This document shows positions 13,550-27,339 of a stretch of 64,000 nt of DNA, piece after piece. The notes beneath the pieces are model-generated. The model had not been told where the DNA came from. It did not search any database and was given only the letters and a program-made list of their open reading frames with translations. Origin of the DNA: Octopus sinensis (lineage: Eukaryota); assembly GCF_006345805.1 (NCBI RefSeq), contig NC_043011.1, forward strand, positions 38,328,464 to 38,392,463, given 5' to 3'. The translations under genes and the position numbers were made by a program. Numbering within the stretch: the stretch's first letter is position 1; each line of letters starts with the position of its first letter.

Positions 13550-14190
13550 TGTAGTCAGCGATTTTGTGATGGACAGGAATAAAGAGCCAACGTGAAATTT
13601 TGCGTTAAACATGGGGAAGTCTGCTACAGAGACCTTGAGCATGCTTCGGGAAGCACATGGCGACGGCAAGATTCGAGTGGTACTAGCGCTTCAAAAGCGG
13701 AAGAACCACGAGCATCACGCCGGAAAAATCTGCTATTGAGAATCGACAATTCCTTCCCCAGAGCCAGACTGTCAATCGCGAGTTCTGCTCCGGCGTTTTG
13801 AAGCGTTCGAAGGAGGATATTCGGTGAAGTAACCGAATCTGCAGAGAGCGAAGAACTGGATTCTCCACGACGACGATGCACAGTCAACAAGCTCTCCTCA
13901 CTCGTGAGTTTCTCGCCAAAAATAACATGGGGCCGCTTCCGCAGACGCCCTATTTGCCGGATTTGGCACCCGTAGACTCCGATCTCTTTACACCTAGGGC
14001 AAAATCCAGTTAAAACGTCGCTGTTTTAACATGTTGTGAGGTCAGAACGAATCGTAAGTCGTCGACTCGCTTACGGAGGAAGACTTCCAGGCCGAATTCC
14101 CAAAGTGGCAGGAACGCTGAGACGTGTGTGTTACTGCGCAAGGTGACTACTTTCGAAGGAGACGATGTTAAAACTTAGGCTAAAACGTTT
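13550..14190 (+). pseudogene. Degenerate, internally deleted mariner transposon
   Basis: NVKFCVKHGKSATETL start, plus frameshifted HDDA..H, PY.PDLAP.D and FPKWQER...CV..QGDYFEGD motifs. Confidence 0.8.
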
Positions 14191-14233
14191 TTTTTTTTTC
14201 TTTCTTTTCCTTGTTTCAGTTGACTGCGGCCGA

Positions 14234-14265
<32 letters not shown>

Positions 14266-14344
14266 CACACACACACACACACACACGCACACACAGCTAT
14301 ATATTATATTTATATATATTTATATGTGTGTGTGTGTGTGTGTG

Positions 14345-14660
14345 TAATTTAGAGAAAAACATCTATTAAACAATTCAATAATGAAAGATGTTGTTCATAC
14401 GATATAGAAAGCATATACTATAAAAACCTTATTCTAAAAATCAATAAAGAACTATAAATAGTAAATTGATTTTTAGAATTAGGCTTTTATAGTATCAGGC
14501 TTTTATGTTTTCTATATGGTGTGAATAACATCTTTCGTTATTGAATTGTTTAATAGAGGTTTTTCTCTAAATTATATACATATACTATATATTGTGAAAT
14601 TTGATTTAAAATAGTCAAATTGAAATTTTCCCTGTAAGTTCTGTAATTATATTTCCTACC
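14345..14660 (+). mobile_element. Fold-back element related to 731-1458, no HHR retained
   Basis: Arms ~14345-14445 and ~14466-14573. The tail shares AATAG(T/A)GGTTTT, AAATT(G/T)GATTTAA and TTTTCCCTGTAA with the reverse complement of 731-840. Confidence 0.7.
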
Positions 14661-15189
14661 GGCTTCTTTCAGATTCTCTCTACCAAATTCTCTTGCAAGG
14701 CTTTGGTCGACACGAAGCTATGGTAGAAGACACTTACCTAACATGCCACGCAGTGGGACTGAACCCAGAATCATATGGTTGGTGAGTAAACTACTCACCA
14801 CACAGTCACCCCTGCACCGGGAATTTTTGGATACATATAGTATACCATTAGCTTCTGAATTCGCCTCCATTTCAATTCAATTATTGCTTCCCATTCTTCA
14901 GAACTCAATGATATGAAGTACTAGTAATGTTGTTATTTAAACTACTGGTGACGTCTAATCATTGCGTAACGATTTTTAAATGGCTACTGTTACACGAATC
15001 CGTGCGCTCTGGTCTGGAGCAATAAATGGTTGAGATGTTCGCAATATCCAGTGGGTAACCGTCCAGTTAGTGGAGGATTACCACCGGTTCACTGTCTTCC
15101 AGCCTTTCTCTGTCACAAAATCTCTTCATATATGTTTGTATGCGTGTGTATGTGTGTGTGTATGCACACATACACAACCACATACATAC

Positions 15190-15508
15190 ACGTCCACTTA
15201 TTCTTTGTAAGCCTAGTACTTATTCTATCGATATCTTTTGCCAAACTTCTAAGTTACGGCGATTTAAACACACCAACATCGGTTGTCAAGCGATTGGAGA
15301 GGGGACAAACACAGACACAAACATATATATATATATATATATACGGCGGGCTTCTTTCAGTTTCCGCCTACCAAATCCACTCACAAGCACTTGGTCGGCC
15401 CGAGACTACAGCAGAGGACACCAGCCCAAGTTTCCACACAGTGTCACTAAATCCGGAAACATGTGATTGGGAAGCAAGCTTGTTACCACACAGCCATCCC
15501 TGCGCCTA
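15190..15508 (-). mobile_element. SINE family A
   Basis: Reverse-complement match to 2514-2985. Confidence 0.8.
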
Positions 15509-15969
15509 GGTATGTGTGTATGTATATACAATCGTGCGCGTGTGAATATGTATGTGTACATACACATATGTATATGTGTGTGTATATAGATAGTTACGTG
15601 TGTGTATTTCTGTGTGTGTGTGAGAGAGAGACAGAGTGTGCATGTGTCTGCGTTTCCCCTATCACAAGTTGACAACTGGTGTTGGTGTTTACGTCCCCGT
15701 AAATTAGCAGTTCGGCGAAATAATTAAGATAGAATAAGTACTAGACTTCAAAAATAGGTACTGGGATCGATTCATTCGACTAAGAATTCAAGGTATTGCC
15801 ACAGCATGGCTGCAGTCCAGTGACTAAAACAAGTATATGACAAAAGATAAGGGAAAAACACACGCGCGCAAGCACACGCACAGTGCTGGATTAAAAAATT
15901 CAATCGTAGTATTTCGATTTCTCTACCAACCGAAGGTTTTACCTTAATTCAATATTCTACGGACTTTTA

Positions 15970-16985
15970 AAGCGACGCGCTGGCAGAAATGTTAGCGCGC
16001 CGGGCGAAACGCTTAGTAGTATTTCGTCTGCCGTTACGTTCCGAGTTCAAATTCTGCCGAGGTCGGCTTTCATCCTTTCGGGGTCGATTAAATAAGTACC
16101 AGTTACGCACTGGGGTCGATGTAATCGATTTAATCCGTTTGTCTGTCCTTGTTTGTCATCTCTGTGTTTAGCCCATTGTGGGTAGTAAAGAAATAGATAT
16201 TTAGTCTGTCTTTACTTTGTGAGTTCAAATTCCGCCGTGGTCGACTTTGCCTTTCATCCTCTCGGGGTCAATAAATTAGGTACCAGTTGCATACAGAGGT
16301 CGATCTAATCATATGGCCCCCTCCCCAAATTTTCGGGCCTTGTGAATATTCTACTGGCAATTAAGACGGCGAGCTGGCAGAAACGTTAGCACGCCGGGCG
16401 AAATGCGTAACCGTATTTCGTCGGCCGTTACGTTCTGAGTTCAAATTCCTCCGAGCTCCACTTTGCCTTTCATCCTTTCGGGGTCAATATATTAAATACC
16501 AGTTACGCACTGGAGTCGATGTAATCGACTTAATCCGTTTGTCTGTCCTTGTTTGTCTCCTCTGTGTTTAGCCCCTTGTGGGTAGTAAAGAAATAGGTAT
16601 TTCGTCTGTCATTACGTTCTGAATTCAAATTCCGCCAATGACGACTTTGCCTTTCATCCTCTCGTGGTCGATGAATTAAGTACCCGTTGCGTACTGGGGT
16701 CGATCTAATCGAGTGGCTTCCTCCATCTAAATTTCGGGCCTTGTGCCTAGATGAGAAAAGAATATTTAAGGCAGTGAGCTGGCTGAAAAGGTTAGTACGC
16801 TGGGCGAAATGCTTGGCAGTATTTCGTCTGTCTTTAGGTTCTGAGTTCACATTCCGCTGAGGTTGACTTTGCTTTTCATCCTCTCAGGGTCGATAAATTA
16901 AGTACCAATTGCTTACTGAGGCCGATCAATCGACCGGTCCCCTCCCCGAAAATTTCAGGCCTTGTGCCTAGAATAGAAAAGAAAA
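15970..16985 (+). mobile_element. Tandem cluster of tRNA-derived SINE family B (Meta/MESC-like core)
   Basis: Repeated GAGCTGGCAGAAACGTTAGC..GAGTTCAAATTC..GCCTTTCATCCTTTCGGGGTCGATAAATTAAGTACCAG units, five core copies. Confidence 0.88.
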
Positions 16986-17344
16986 TTATATGGGCTATTA
17001 TTTACAGTTTTATGAAAGTGGCGAGTGGGAACGAGCGTTTGTTTGCTCACCAGGAATAATACTTAGCCGCAGTCTGCCTGTTTTTACTTTCTAAGTTTAA
17101 AATCCGCGTTGGTCGACTTTGCTTGTTAAAATTATAACCAGTGGAGGTCAATAAAATCAACTTTCTCCTTTCCCCAATGTTACTGGGCTGCGCCAAATGT
17201 GTGAAGCCATTATCTATAGCTTTATATACATTGAATTTCACCGTGGAGAAATAATATAGAGCATACCGCTTGATTTCTCAAAATCTTCATATTACCCACG
17301 AACACGCACACACATATTTGTTGGATAGTTTTCTGTCCGTTTTT

Positions 17345-17505
17345 TTTCACTCTCGCTCTCTCTCCATTTTTTACCCCACAATCCTTTCTGTCAAAGACCG
17401 TAGTCTCGAAACGAAAGACTTTTCCATTGTACCCGAACTTTAAACTGATACACATTCTTGTTGTTCCTGCACTTGACCTCGTCTTCTGTTTTCGGTAAAT
17501 GTGAA

Positions 17506-17508
<3 letters not shown>
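17345..17508 (+). mobile_element. Non-fold-back HHR-variant element (family H2), degenerate
   Basis: TTTCTGTCAAAGACCGTAGTCTCGAAACGAAAGAC, followed by the conserved tail and (TA)n; homologous to 27061-27271. Confidence 0.65.
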
Positions 17509-17540
<32 letters not shown>

Positions 17541-17944
17541 ATAAAATGGGACAAGAAAGCAAAACATCCGAACAACTGGGTGATACAAAAAGGGACAACA
17601 AAACATCCGGATAGACGATACAAAGAAAACAAGGACGGGCCATTCGAAGTTTTCTATCTTCGGTCAAGAACCAGATTATCCTCGCAATTTCGGCTTTTTA
17701 TTATTAATATTGCTCCAATCTGGCCAGCCCCAAGGAAAAAAAATTTGCTAAGAGCATTAGATTCCTTGGAAAAAAACATCGAATTTATACAAAAACAAGG
17801 ACGGAAAAAACAATGTTACACAAATATAAATACAATAACAAAATGCAATAAAAATGATAACAGGACATAACAACAGGTGTCTTTCGACTAAGGGCGAACT
17901 GAATTAAGCTGGCGCGTATGGAAATGAAACCTTACTGCAGAATA

Positions 17945-18120
17945 AACTGAAAGAAGGTGAAAGAAACTAGTACTCGAATACCGGAGTTATATGCTTTATT
18001 AATAAAGCTACAAAAAGGTGATAAACAGAGTTTCACGTTTCCGTTCGTCGGACGAACGGGAACGTGGAACTATAAGTAATAGTTTTGTGAATGTCTTTGC
18101 AGTTTTATTAATAAAGTATA
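17945..18120 (-). mobile_element. Fold-back HHR element, same family as 49783-50007
   Basis: Palindrome centred at ~18050 with GACGA-ACG(GAAA/GGAA)CGT-G(A/G)AAC; the tail AGTACTCGAATACC..ATATGCTTTATT matches the reverse complement of 49930-49975. Confidence 0.7.
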
Positions 18121-18121
18121 T

Positions 18122-18154
<33 letters not shown>

Positions 18155-18157
18155 TAC

Positions 18158-18215
<58 letters not shown>

Positions 18216-19202
18216 TTTTTTTTTTCTAGAGCTGCTATATATATGTACATCTCTTAATCTCATTTTCTCTGGGTCGATTTCCACTTATACATAACTACTA
18301 TACATAACTGCCTGAATTTTATGAACAAGGAAATGTTTCATAGCATCAGACAAAATATTACATTATTATAACACTTTGCCGACCTGTAAGTGCTAAAGCC
18401 AAATTCGACCTTGACTGGAATCGAAACCAGAAAATCATGAAGCATAACTAAATGCACCTTGGCCTCTGCGCCCCATTCTACAGATTCTACCAATCCACCG
18501 ACCTTAGAAATCAATAGAAATATCTATTATTCCTCTTTGTTGCACTTTATAGAACAGATAAAGGCACGTGATATTATTATCTATAGCACTTGAGAATTCA
18601 GACGAAGCCTTAGAAAATGCATTTTTTCCATTAGCGAATATTTCATCTTGTAAAGAAAAATACAATAGGTTCAACGCAAATATATATGTGCGTGTGTGTG
18701 TATGTGTGTGTGTGTGTTTGTGTGTGTGTGAATATATATATATATATATTGATATATATACATAGGTACATGAATATATGTAGAGAGAGAGAGAGAGAGA
18801 AAGAGAGACTTACAGAGAGACAGTGAGAGAGCGATACGCATATGTATATATGTATAAATATTTGTGTATATATATTATACACACACACATATATATTTAC
18901 ATGTAAACGTATATATACACATATATTATATATATATATATCCATATATATAAATATATACAAATATCAACACACATGCACTCAGAAAAAAAACACACAC
19001 AGTATGTTTAATATGGATAGGTATGTGAATAACGACATACACACTTATACACAAAAACGCATACATACAGATATGTATATGTGTGCGTGTATGTATGTAT
19101 GTATGTACACATACATTCCAAATGTGTGTTGTGTTATGTATGCATGTAATATGCTAAATTTATATTTATATATATAAATATAAATATATATATATTATGC
19201 AC

Positions 19203-19311
<109 letters not shown>

Positions 19312-20174
19312 CCGTGCTCCCACACCATTGCTCATCAATGCATGTGTTTCTATGACTGTATCCACAATAGAACAGCATCTCCTTATCTCTTATTATTTCA
19401 GTAACAAAAAAAATACATACAGCAAAAAAAAAAACAGAACAGTAAAAGCTAAAGAAACGGCACAAAGAAACAGTGTACAGCTTACTTGAAGTCAGAAGGA
19501 AATGTATTAACATTGACTGCGCATGTATTATACCAATCCGTCTATATAAAACATATCGTTCAGTGCGCACACCACTCTGCACGTACAATGAGGCGTTATT
19601 AAAAACACACGCATTGATGCAGGTTACAGATATAGTCTCTGATAGAGTCTCTGATATTTTATATAATGTGTGAATAGTCATCGATTAACTGAGATGCTGC
19701 TTTGCAATATGAAGGCAGAAAATTCCCTGCAGTGATGTTCAAATTCTGAAATGCTAGAGGCTAAGTTGATAACTCGAACGGTAAGGAACCCAACGAAATT
19801 GTTGGTAAATAGAGACGTTGCCATCTATAGTCTTTTGTGTTTTTAATATTTAAGGAAAAGTTTTGAACTAGTTAATTCTTATCAGTCAATAAATTTATAA
19901 TCAGTTTGTAAGGCTTAGCAACAATATATCGATAAGATAGATTGAAAATAACTTATGTAATATATTTTGTCGAAAAGGTCATTTAACTCATATTATCATA
20001 GTTTGTCGCTCTTATGCAAAAGTGTTGTAAGTCCAAAACGTTGCTCTTTCGGGAGACGAAAAGATAATTTCACCGTTCCATAGCAAAACCGGTTTGATAT
20101 CTTGGCATCTGAAGCAGCTGGACATACGATAGTTTGACAAAAACAACCGGCTATTGTAAACAAAAATAAATATA

Positions 20175-20652
20175 ATGTTCTACTCTAGGGACAAGGCGCG
20201 AAATTTTTGATGAAGGGTCCAGACGATTAGATCGACCCCAGTATGCAACTAGTACTTACTGTATCAATCCCGAAAGTATGAAAGGCAAAGTCGAACTCAG
20301 CGGAATTTGAACTCAGAAGGTAAAGAGCATTTTGCCCGGCGTGCTAACGTTTCTGCCTGCTCGCCACCAGCAAGAATAAATATTCTTTTCTATTCTGGGC
20401 ACAAGGCCTGAAATTTTTGGGGGAGGGGTCAGTCGATTAGATCTTACACCAATATGCAAATGGTACTTAATTTATCGAACCCTAAAGGATGAAAAGCAAA
20501 GTCGACCTCGGCGGAATATGAGCTCATAACGTAAAGAGTATTTTGCCCGGCGCGCTAAAGTTTCTTATTTCCTTACTGCCCACAAGGAGCTACACACAGA
20601 GGGTACAAACAAGGATAGACAAACGGATTAAGTAGATTATATCACCCCAGTG
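20175..20652 (-). mobile_element. Tandem SINE family B copies
   Basis: Reverse complement of the family B units. Confidence 0.8.
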
Positions 20653-20879
20653 CACACACTAGCACTGACCACTTCCCAGCACCCACACCATCATCAAGAC
20701 ACCTACACATGCCACACACGCACACGTTAAAGTCACCAGACCTCTTCCACACGCACATACACGCTGTGATATGCACACGCACGCGCACCTTTATTTGGGA
20801 TCACTTTATTATCTCCCCTTCTTCCTAGCTCTCCTGTGTGACCCCTCTGTCCGTCATTCGACATGATAGATCGCTAGTC

Positions 20880-21475
20880 ACTAGACATTCTTTATTTTCT
20901 CTCCCTGTTTCTTTCTGTGTTCCTTTCTTTGGAAGAGCGTATGTTCGAAACGTTAATGACTTTTTCACTTCCCGAGCGTTAAACTAATATATCTGTGTGG
21001 TATAGGCGTAGGAGTGGCTGTGTGGTAAGCAGCTTACTTACGAACCACATTGTTCCGGGTTCAGTCCCACTGCTTGGAACCTTGGACAAGTGTCTTCTAC
21101 TATAGCCTAGGGCCGACCAAAGCCTTGTGAGTGGATTTGTTAGACGGAAACTGAAAGAAGCCCGTCGTATATATGTATATATGTGTGTGTGTGTTTGTGT
21201 GTCTGTGTCCCCCCGCCCCCAACATTGCTTCACAACCTATGCTGGTGTGTTTATGTCCCCGTAACTTAAAGGTTAGGCCTAAGAGACCGATAGAATAAAT
21301 ACTTGGCTTACAAAGAATAAGTCTCGGGTCGATTTGCTCGACTAAATGGCGGTGCTTCAGCATGACCACAGTCACATGACTGAAACAAGTAGAAGAGTAA
21401 AAGAGTACATCAGTTTGTTGTTTACACCACCTGCCTTCGTCTTTTGTTTTTTTGTGTGAATTCTCCCTATATATA
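20880..21475 (+). mobile_element. H2 HHR-variant element interrupted by a family A SINE (21004-21400)
   Basis: HHR-like motif at 20921-20960 and CCCGAGCGTTAAACTAATATATCTG; after the SINE the H2 tail resumes (TACATCAGTTTGTTGTTTACACCACCTG..TCTCCCTATA). Confidence 0.75.
21004..21400 (+). mobile_element. SINE family A, near full length
   Basis: Head, internal microsatellite and tail as at 2514. Confidence 0.88.
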
Positions 21476-21649
21476 TAAATACATATGTACGTACATACAT
21501 ATACGAGAGGCATCTTTCATTTTCCGTCTACCAGATACTCTCATAGGCTATACTATAGTAAAAGACATTTTTCCCAACGTACCACGCTGTGTGAATGACT
21601 CCGAAACTATGTGGTATGCAAAGCAACGTGTTACCACACAGAACACACC

Positions 21650-22570
21650 AAACGGGATCGACTGTAAATTTCATAGTCTGATCAAGATACACTCATTGCA
21701 TGTGACCAAATGAGTTTTATTTTTCAACATAGCCAACCCACCGCTTACGGTCCACACACTTCTTCCATCGCCGTTGCAGCACTTAGATACCACTGCTGAA
21801 GGAGCTTTCGTCTTGCTGGACAAAAAAGTCAAAAAGGTCATCATTACTGCGATATTACTTTCCAGTCAAGTGGGGGGTTTTTTCAGATGGGAAACATATG
21901 GTAGTCATATGGGGCGAAATAAGTGAATAGAAATATTGATCAACCACTTCAAAGCCGCAGTCATGCACAATAGCCATTTAAACCAAGGACTTTTCTCTTA
22001 GAGCATTGTCCTGATGAAACGAGAGTTCTTTCATCAGTTTTCCTGGGCGTTTGGTCTTGATACGTTTTCGTAATTGCCTCAGCAGATTTGCATGGTACTC
22101 TATATTGATGATAGTCAATAACACAAAGTCTATTGTGTCGTAAAAGAAAAATTGAAGCCAACACCATTCCTGCAGATGAAACGATTTGGCTTTCTTTGGA
22201 GCAGGTGGTGAGGGCTGTTTCCACTGCATGGATTGTCTCTTTGTCTCTCGGTTATGACACATTCAATAAACCGGCTGGATCTACATCAAACTATGTAAGC
22301 TTCTTCTGTGAGGTGATCAGCCTGGTGCGCTGATCAGGTGTGTGAAGACATAGCCACCACCAGGTAGAAACCTTCGTTATGCCAAGTTCATTTTGCAAAA
22401 TATTTTCAAAACTCTCACGTAAAAAATGTTAATAGCATTGGCTATAGTCAATCACCTGTCATCCATCACCATGTGGTGAACATTCTCAATGTTTTCCTCT
22501 GTAGTGATAGCAGCAGAAGGCCCAGACCTTCGGTTCTTTTCAAAGTACTCCGTCCCCCCCTCCTAAATTC
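21650..22570 (-). pseudogene. Degenerate mariner transposase
   Basis: ETKRQSMQWK..SP.PKKAK, SAGMVLASIF, LRQLRKRIKTKRPGKL...FHQDNA and PY motifs, with frameshifts. Confidence 0.85.
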
Positions 22571-22583
22571 AGATATAACATAC

Positions 22584-22661
<78 letters not shown>

Positions 22662-22664
22662 TTA

Positions 22665-22890
22665 TATAGGGAGAGTTTACGAAAGAAACCAAAAGACGAA
22701 GACAGGTGGTGTACAAAACAAACAGATGCATTAGTATAACGCTCAGGAATAGAAAAAGTCTTTTGCGTTTCGAGCCTACGCTCTTCTACAGAAAGGACAC
22801 AGAAAAATCAAGGAGAGAAACAAGGAGACAAAAAAGGAGACAAAAAAGTAGAGTAAAAAGGAGAGAAAAGAGGAGAGAAAAAAGGAGATA
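22665..22890 (-). mobile_element. H2 HHR-variant element
   Basis: Minus strand reads TCCTTTCTGTAGAAGAGCGTAGGCTCGAAACGCAAAAGAC (22759-22797), then a tail ending CTCTCCCTATA at (TA)n. Confidence 0.78.
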
Positions 22891-22908
22891 CACAGACACA
22901 CCACACAC

Positions 22909-22970
<62 letters not shown>

Positions 22971-23319
22971 CATACATACATACATACATACATAACGCAT
23001 ACATATATACATACATACATAAAAATTACAGATCCCATTTATCACTGCAACTGTAACAATCTGTAAAACTTTACAGAAGTTCATCATTTAAATGTACATG
23101 AGCATGTCTAGAGAATCAACAATATGCATGAGACTACATACATAAGGCATACAAATCTGCACATACGTGCATACATACATACAAACAAACACATCCTGTT
23201 GATGCTGAAATTCCAATGAAGGAACCTTGGATCTATGTTAGAAACCGGTTCATTCTCTATTGGCAAGAAATCTTGAAATAACCTGAATAATAACACACAT
23301 ATATACATACATATATACA

Positions 23320-23351
<32 letters not shown>

Positions 23352-24051
23352 AGTTATATCGACGTAAATAAACACTCACTGGTTGTTAAACAATCGTGAA
23401 GAGATAAAACTAGCATATATAATATAAGAAATCTATCCAAGGCGCCTCACAGTGAGACTGAAGTCGAAACTAGATGCTTGCAAAACAGGTTTGTTAACTA
23501 CACAACCATGCTGGCGACAATTCTATGAAAATTACCTTTGCTGATTCGACTTTCAGTAGTTGGAGGGGATTTAACCGTGACCACCCTGTCTTTGCTGGAA
23601 GAATAATGTTCAAGATGTTCATTTACCTAAATACATACATCACGTTCTGCAGTTTGTTCTTTTGAAGGAAGTGTGGTTTCCATTTCCAGCATATTAGAAA
23701 ACCACATAGCCGCAATACTGGTAACCTATAATTAAAGGAGTATAAAAATGACCATCCTGTCTTTGATTATTTTTTTACTCGTTTCAGTCATTAGACTGCG
23801 GTCATGCTGGAGCATCGTCTTGACAAAGTTTTAATCGAAGTAATCGATGCCATTGTTTATTTTGAAGTATAGCACTTATTCTCTAAGTCTCTTGGTGAAC
23901 CTCTACCACACGAGGACGTAAACAAATCAAAACCGGTTGTCAAGCGGTGGTGGAGGACAAGTTCAGACACACATATGTAAGTATGGTGTGTGTGTGTGCA
24001 TGTATATGTGTGTATGTATATATGTGTGTGCGTGAAAGTGTGTGTGTGTGT

Positions 24052-24372
24052 ATAAAAAGGAAATATATAACAAGGTCTTGAGGTATCAGTGTATTACGGC
24101 CGTTTCAAGAGGCTCCATTTAATCGAAGAATGAAAACATTACGTCAATTTCAAATAAGCCGCTCTCCTCAGAATCAGACGTTTTATTTCAGATTGATGTA
24201 ATCTCGTCATTGATCGCTTAAATAGATCCGCTTGAAACGGCTGTAATGCACTGACACCTTGACATCGTTGTTACTGATTTGCTTTTTATTCACCTAACTT
24301 CGAGCTGCGCAGTCTATACCCACTTGGCTTGGTGCCTCATCAATTTAAGCACCTAATTCAAATAAATCTTAA
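24052..24372 (+). mobile_element. Fold-back element with extended-stem-II HHR (family shared with 62594-62832)
   Basis: Arms ~24052-24160 and ~24190-24290, then tail and (TA)n. Minus strand 24090-24175 reads CTGAGGA-gagcggct...agcctctt-GAAAC-ggcc-GTA. Confidence 0.68.
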
Positions 24373-24392
24373 TTATATATGTATATACAAAC

Positions 24393-24424
<32 letters not shown>

Positions 24425-24517
24425 CTATATATATATATATATATTATATTATATATACATATACATACACAAACGCGCACGCGTGAACACACATACATAA
24501 ATACGCACATACGTACA

Positions 24518-24559
<42 letters not shown>

Positions 24560-26399
24560 CGACCGGTTTTCGTTCAGTTTCCGTCTACCAAATCCACTCA
24601 AAATGCTTTGGTCGGCCCGTGGCTATAGCAGAAGACACTTTCTCAAGGTGCCACGCAGTGAGATCGAACTGGGACCCATGTGGTTGGAAAGTAAGCTTCT
24701 TACAACACACCCACACCCGAAAAATAATTTTCAACAACTACATGGAACTGGATAAACATTCATCGTCCCTTGGGTGTAATTTTGAAAGAGATGCGGCTTC
24801 TCTTTCTAACAAATTACACAACCACATAATCGCAATACTGCTAAGCTGTTACTAAAAGCCTCGTAACCGCGGCTGTCCCGTCTCTGAGGGAATAATAATT
24901 TTCAAGAACCAAATAAAAATGAGCACACATATTTGGCAACTAGGATCTAATTATAAGGACATTTTTATATTTCTAGCAGATTATACGACTACATAGAGAT
25001 TCGATCTTTAGTTCCTTTTATTATCGTTTTCTAATATGTATTTAGCCGGATAAAGAGATGTATATCTGTGAATTGTAATTTTAAGGAAGAACTTATATAT
25101 ACAGTTTTTCAAGCCATCACATCAGATAACTGTTCTACTTACTCGGCTTTGTATAAGTAACAATGGTGACTGACATTTATTCAGCAAAGAAGAACATCTT
25201 TTTAACTTTAAAAAAATATTATATTAGATGAAATATTATTAATATTATAACCTAGCTTTGATGTTTTCTTATCTTGAATAATCAACAACAACGTAGAAAG
25301 ACATAACAGGAAAATATGTTGTCATGAACAAGGAAGTTTACCGATATCAAATAAGGAAGAAGACTTAAGAACGACTTCCTGGAAAAACCAAGTGTTGTTA
25401 ACCTACCGTTAACTGATTGGTATTTCAGCTGTGCATATAAAATACGAAAGATACATACTAACGTCTTTCGTCCCTCCGTCTTGCTACCTCATTGTTGTCT
25501 GATGACAATTATGACAGTGATAAATAATGGTACTATGATCTTTTATCATAAATTACTCCTTTCTATTCCTGATTCATCTGCACTGTCTTGTCTTCTAATG
25601 GTCTAGTGAATTTCTCAATAATATTGCTTCTTTACTATTCATAGCTGTGGCGAACCTTTCAAAAGTCTATTGCTATGTTGAGCTTCAGACCTCCGTCACT
25701 AACCTTTCAGTAACTTTTCATAAATAATAATTCTTCTACAGTCTTTTTAATATCTCCCACACTTTAATCGATTGATATTTGTCTTTTACTATAAGTTTCT
25801 TTTATATTTTTTTTCGCCAATCCAACCAACCAACATTTATTTGACACTAATTTCTTCAAATAACTTGTTCAAACATTATTTTCATATATTTTTTTTTTAT
25901 CATGACAACTTTTTCATTTAGTTTTCTTTGTCTAAAAAAAAGACACAAAATTCGCTTTTATTGAGTAAAATATTTGAGAAACATGGCTTTCTCGATAGGA
26001 ATGGCTTTCAGCAACTTCATTTTCATCATTATTACTGTTGTTTTTGCTGTTATTCTTGTTGTTGTTTCGGGAGTTATATATTGAAAAATATTATGATAAA
26101 TATTTCATAAAGTAAAACTATTACAAATATATAATCGTGACATTAAATCGTGTACATAAGGAGAATATGACGGGAATAGAATAGGTAACGAGACTCTAAC
26201 AAAATCAAATAATTTCAAAAGAAACACAAACGCTGTAGTTTAGGAAAATTCGATTGAGTAAGACATGTCATTATGTGTAATATTTATAATTGTGAATATG
26301 TTTTGAAGTTTTCTAGCATATATACACATACATACACAGGTATTATACACATCTGTATGTATGTACGTATGTAATTATGTATATACGAACACACACAGA

Positions 26400-26437
<38 letters not shown>

Positions 26438-26764
26438 TATATATATTATATATATTATATATATACGTATTTCAAGAGTTATTCCTCTTTCATCAGCACA
26501 ACGTTCAGAACCTGTACGCTTTCATAAATTTTATCACTTTAGACGAAATCAAGCCTTTCATGAACAACTTACAGCATTTACTGTCATATCTAATAAGCCA
26601 TCTCCCTGTTTTCTAAATTGCATGTCTAACTGCTTCTGTTAAGCGTTAAACTAAAACTTGTCCCTCACGAGTTATCTCCCTTTTGAACTCCTCATCGGTT
26701 TCGTAACATACTTACATACATACAGGCCTGCGCACGCATGCACACACGTACACACACACACACA

Positions 26765-26810
<46 letters not shown>

Positions 26811-27060
26811 AGAAAGATAGATGGCAAAGGAATAAATGATTATCTCATGAACTCCATTAGCTTACAGCTCTTTTTTTCTATAAGATGCATTGGACTCGTA
26901 TGTGGGTGCCTCGATAACATCATATAACTTCAACAAAGCTTCGAATATGAAATGCGATTTATTTGGAAAAGAATTATACTTATGCGTATACAGACAACGG
27001 CATGAACAATGAGAAAGTCAATACTGTTGTATCTAAGAAAAGGGTATGTCCAAAATGTAA

Positions 27061-27271
27061 CTAGACGCATTTGTGGCTAGCTTCCGCACGCATTTTTTTC
27101 TTCCTTGTTTCTCTTCGTGTTTCTTTTCTGTGTATCTTTCTGTTGAAGAGCGTAGGCTCGAAACGTAAAAGACATGTTTTATTTATATTCCTGAGCGCCA
27201 TACTAATACAATTGTTTTTTTGTATTCCACCTGCTTTCGTCTTTTGTTTATTTTCATAAAGCTTCCCGTTA
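27061..27271 (+). mobile_element. H2 HHR-variant element, best-preserved copy
   Basis: 27135-27172: tcttt-CTGTTGAA-GAGC(gtag)GCTC-GAAACGTA-aaaga; the tail ends at (TA)n. Confidence 0.78.
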
Positions 27272-27339
27272 TATATATATATATATGCACGTTGTCTGAG
27301 GCACCCATAGATACAGAGGGAGACTCAAATATATCATTT

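Noticed and set aside
17537-17935. Possible further HHR on the minus strand near 17635-17670
   Set aside because: The core is too degenerate (CCGAAGA..GAAT) and there is no second copy in the window to validate it.
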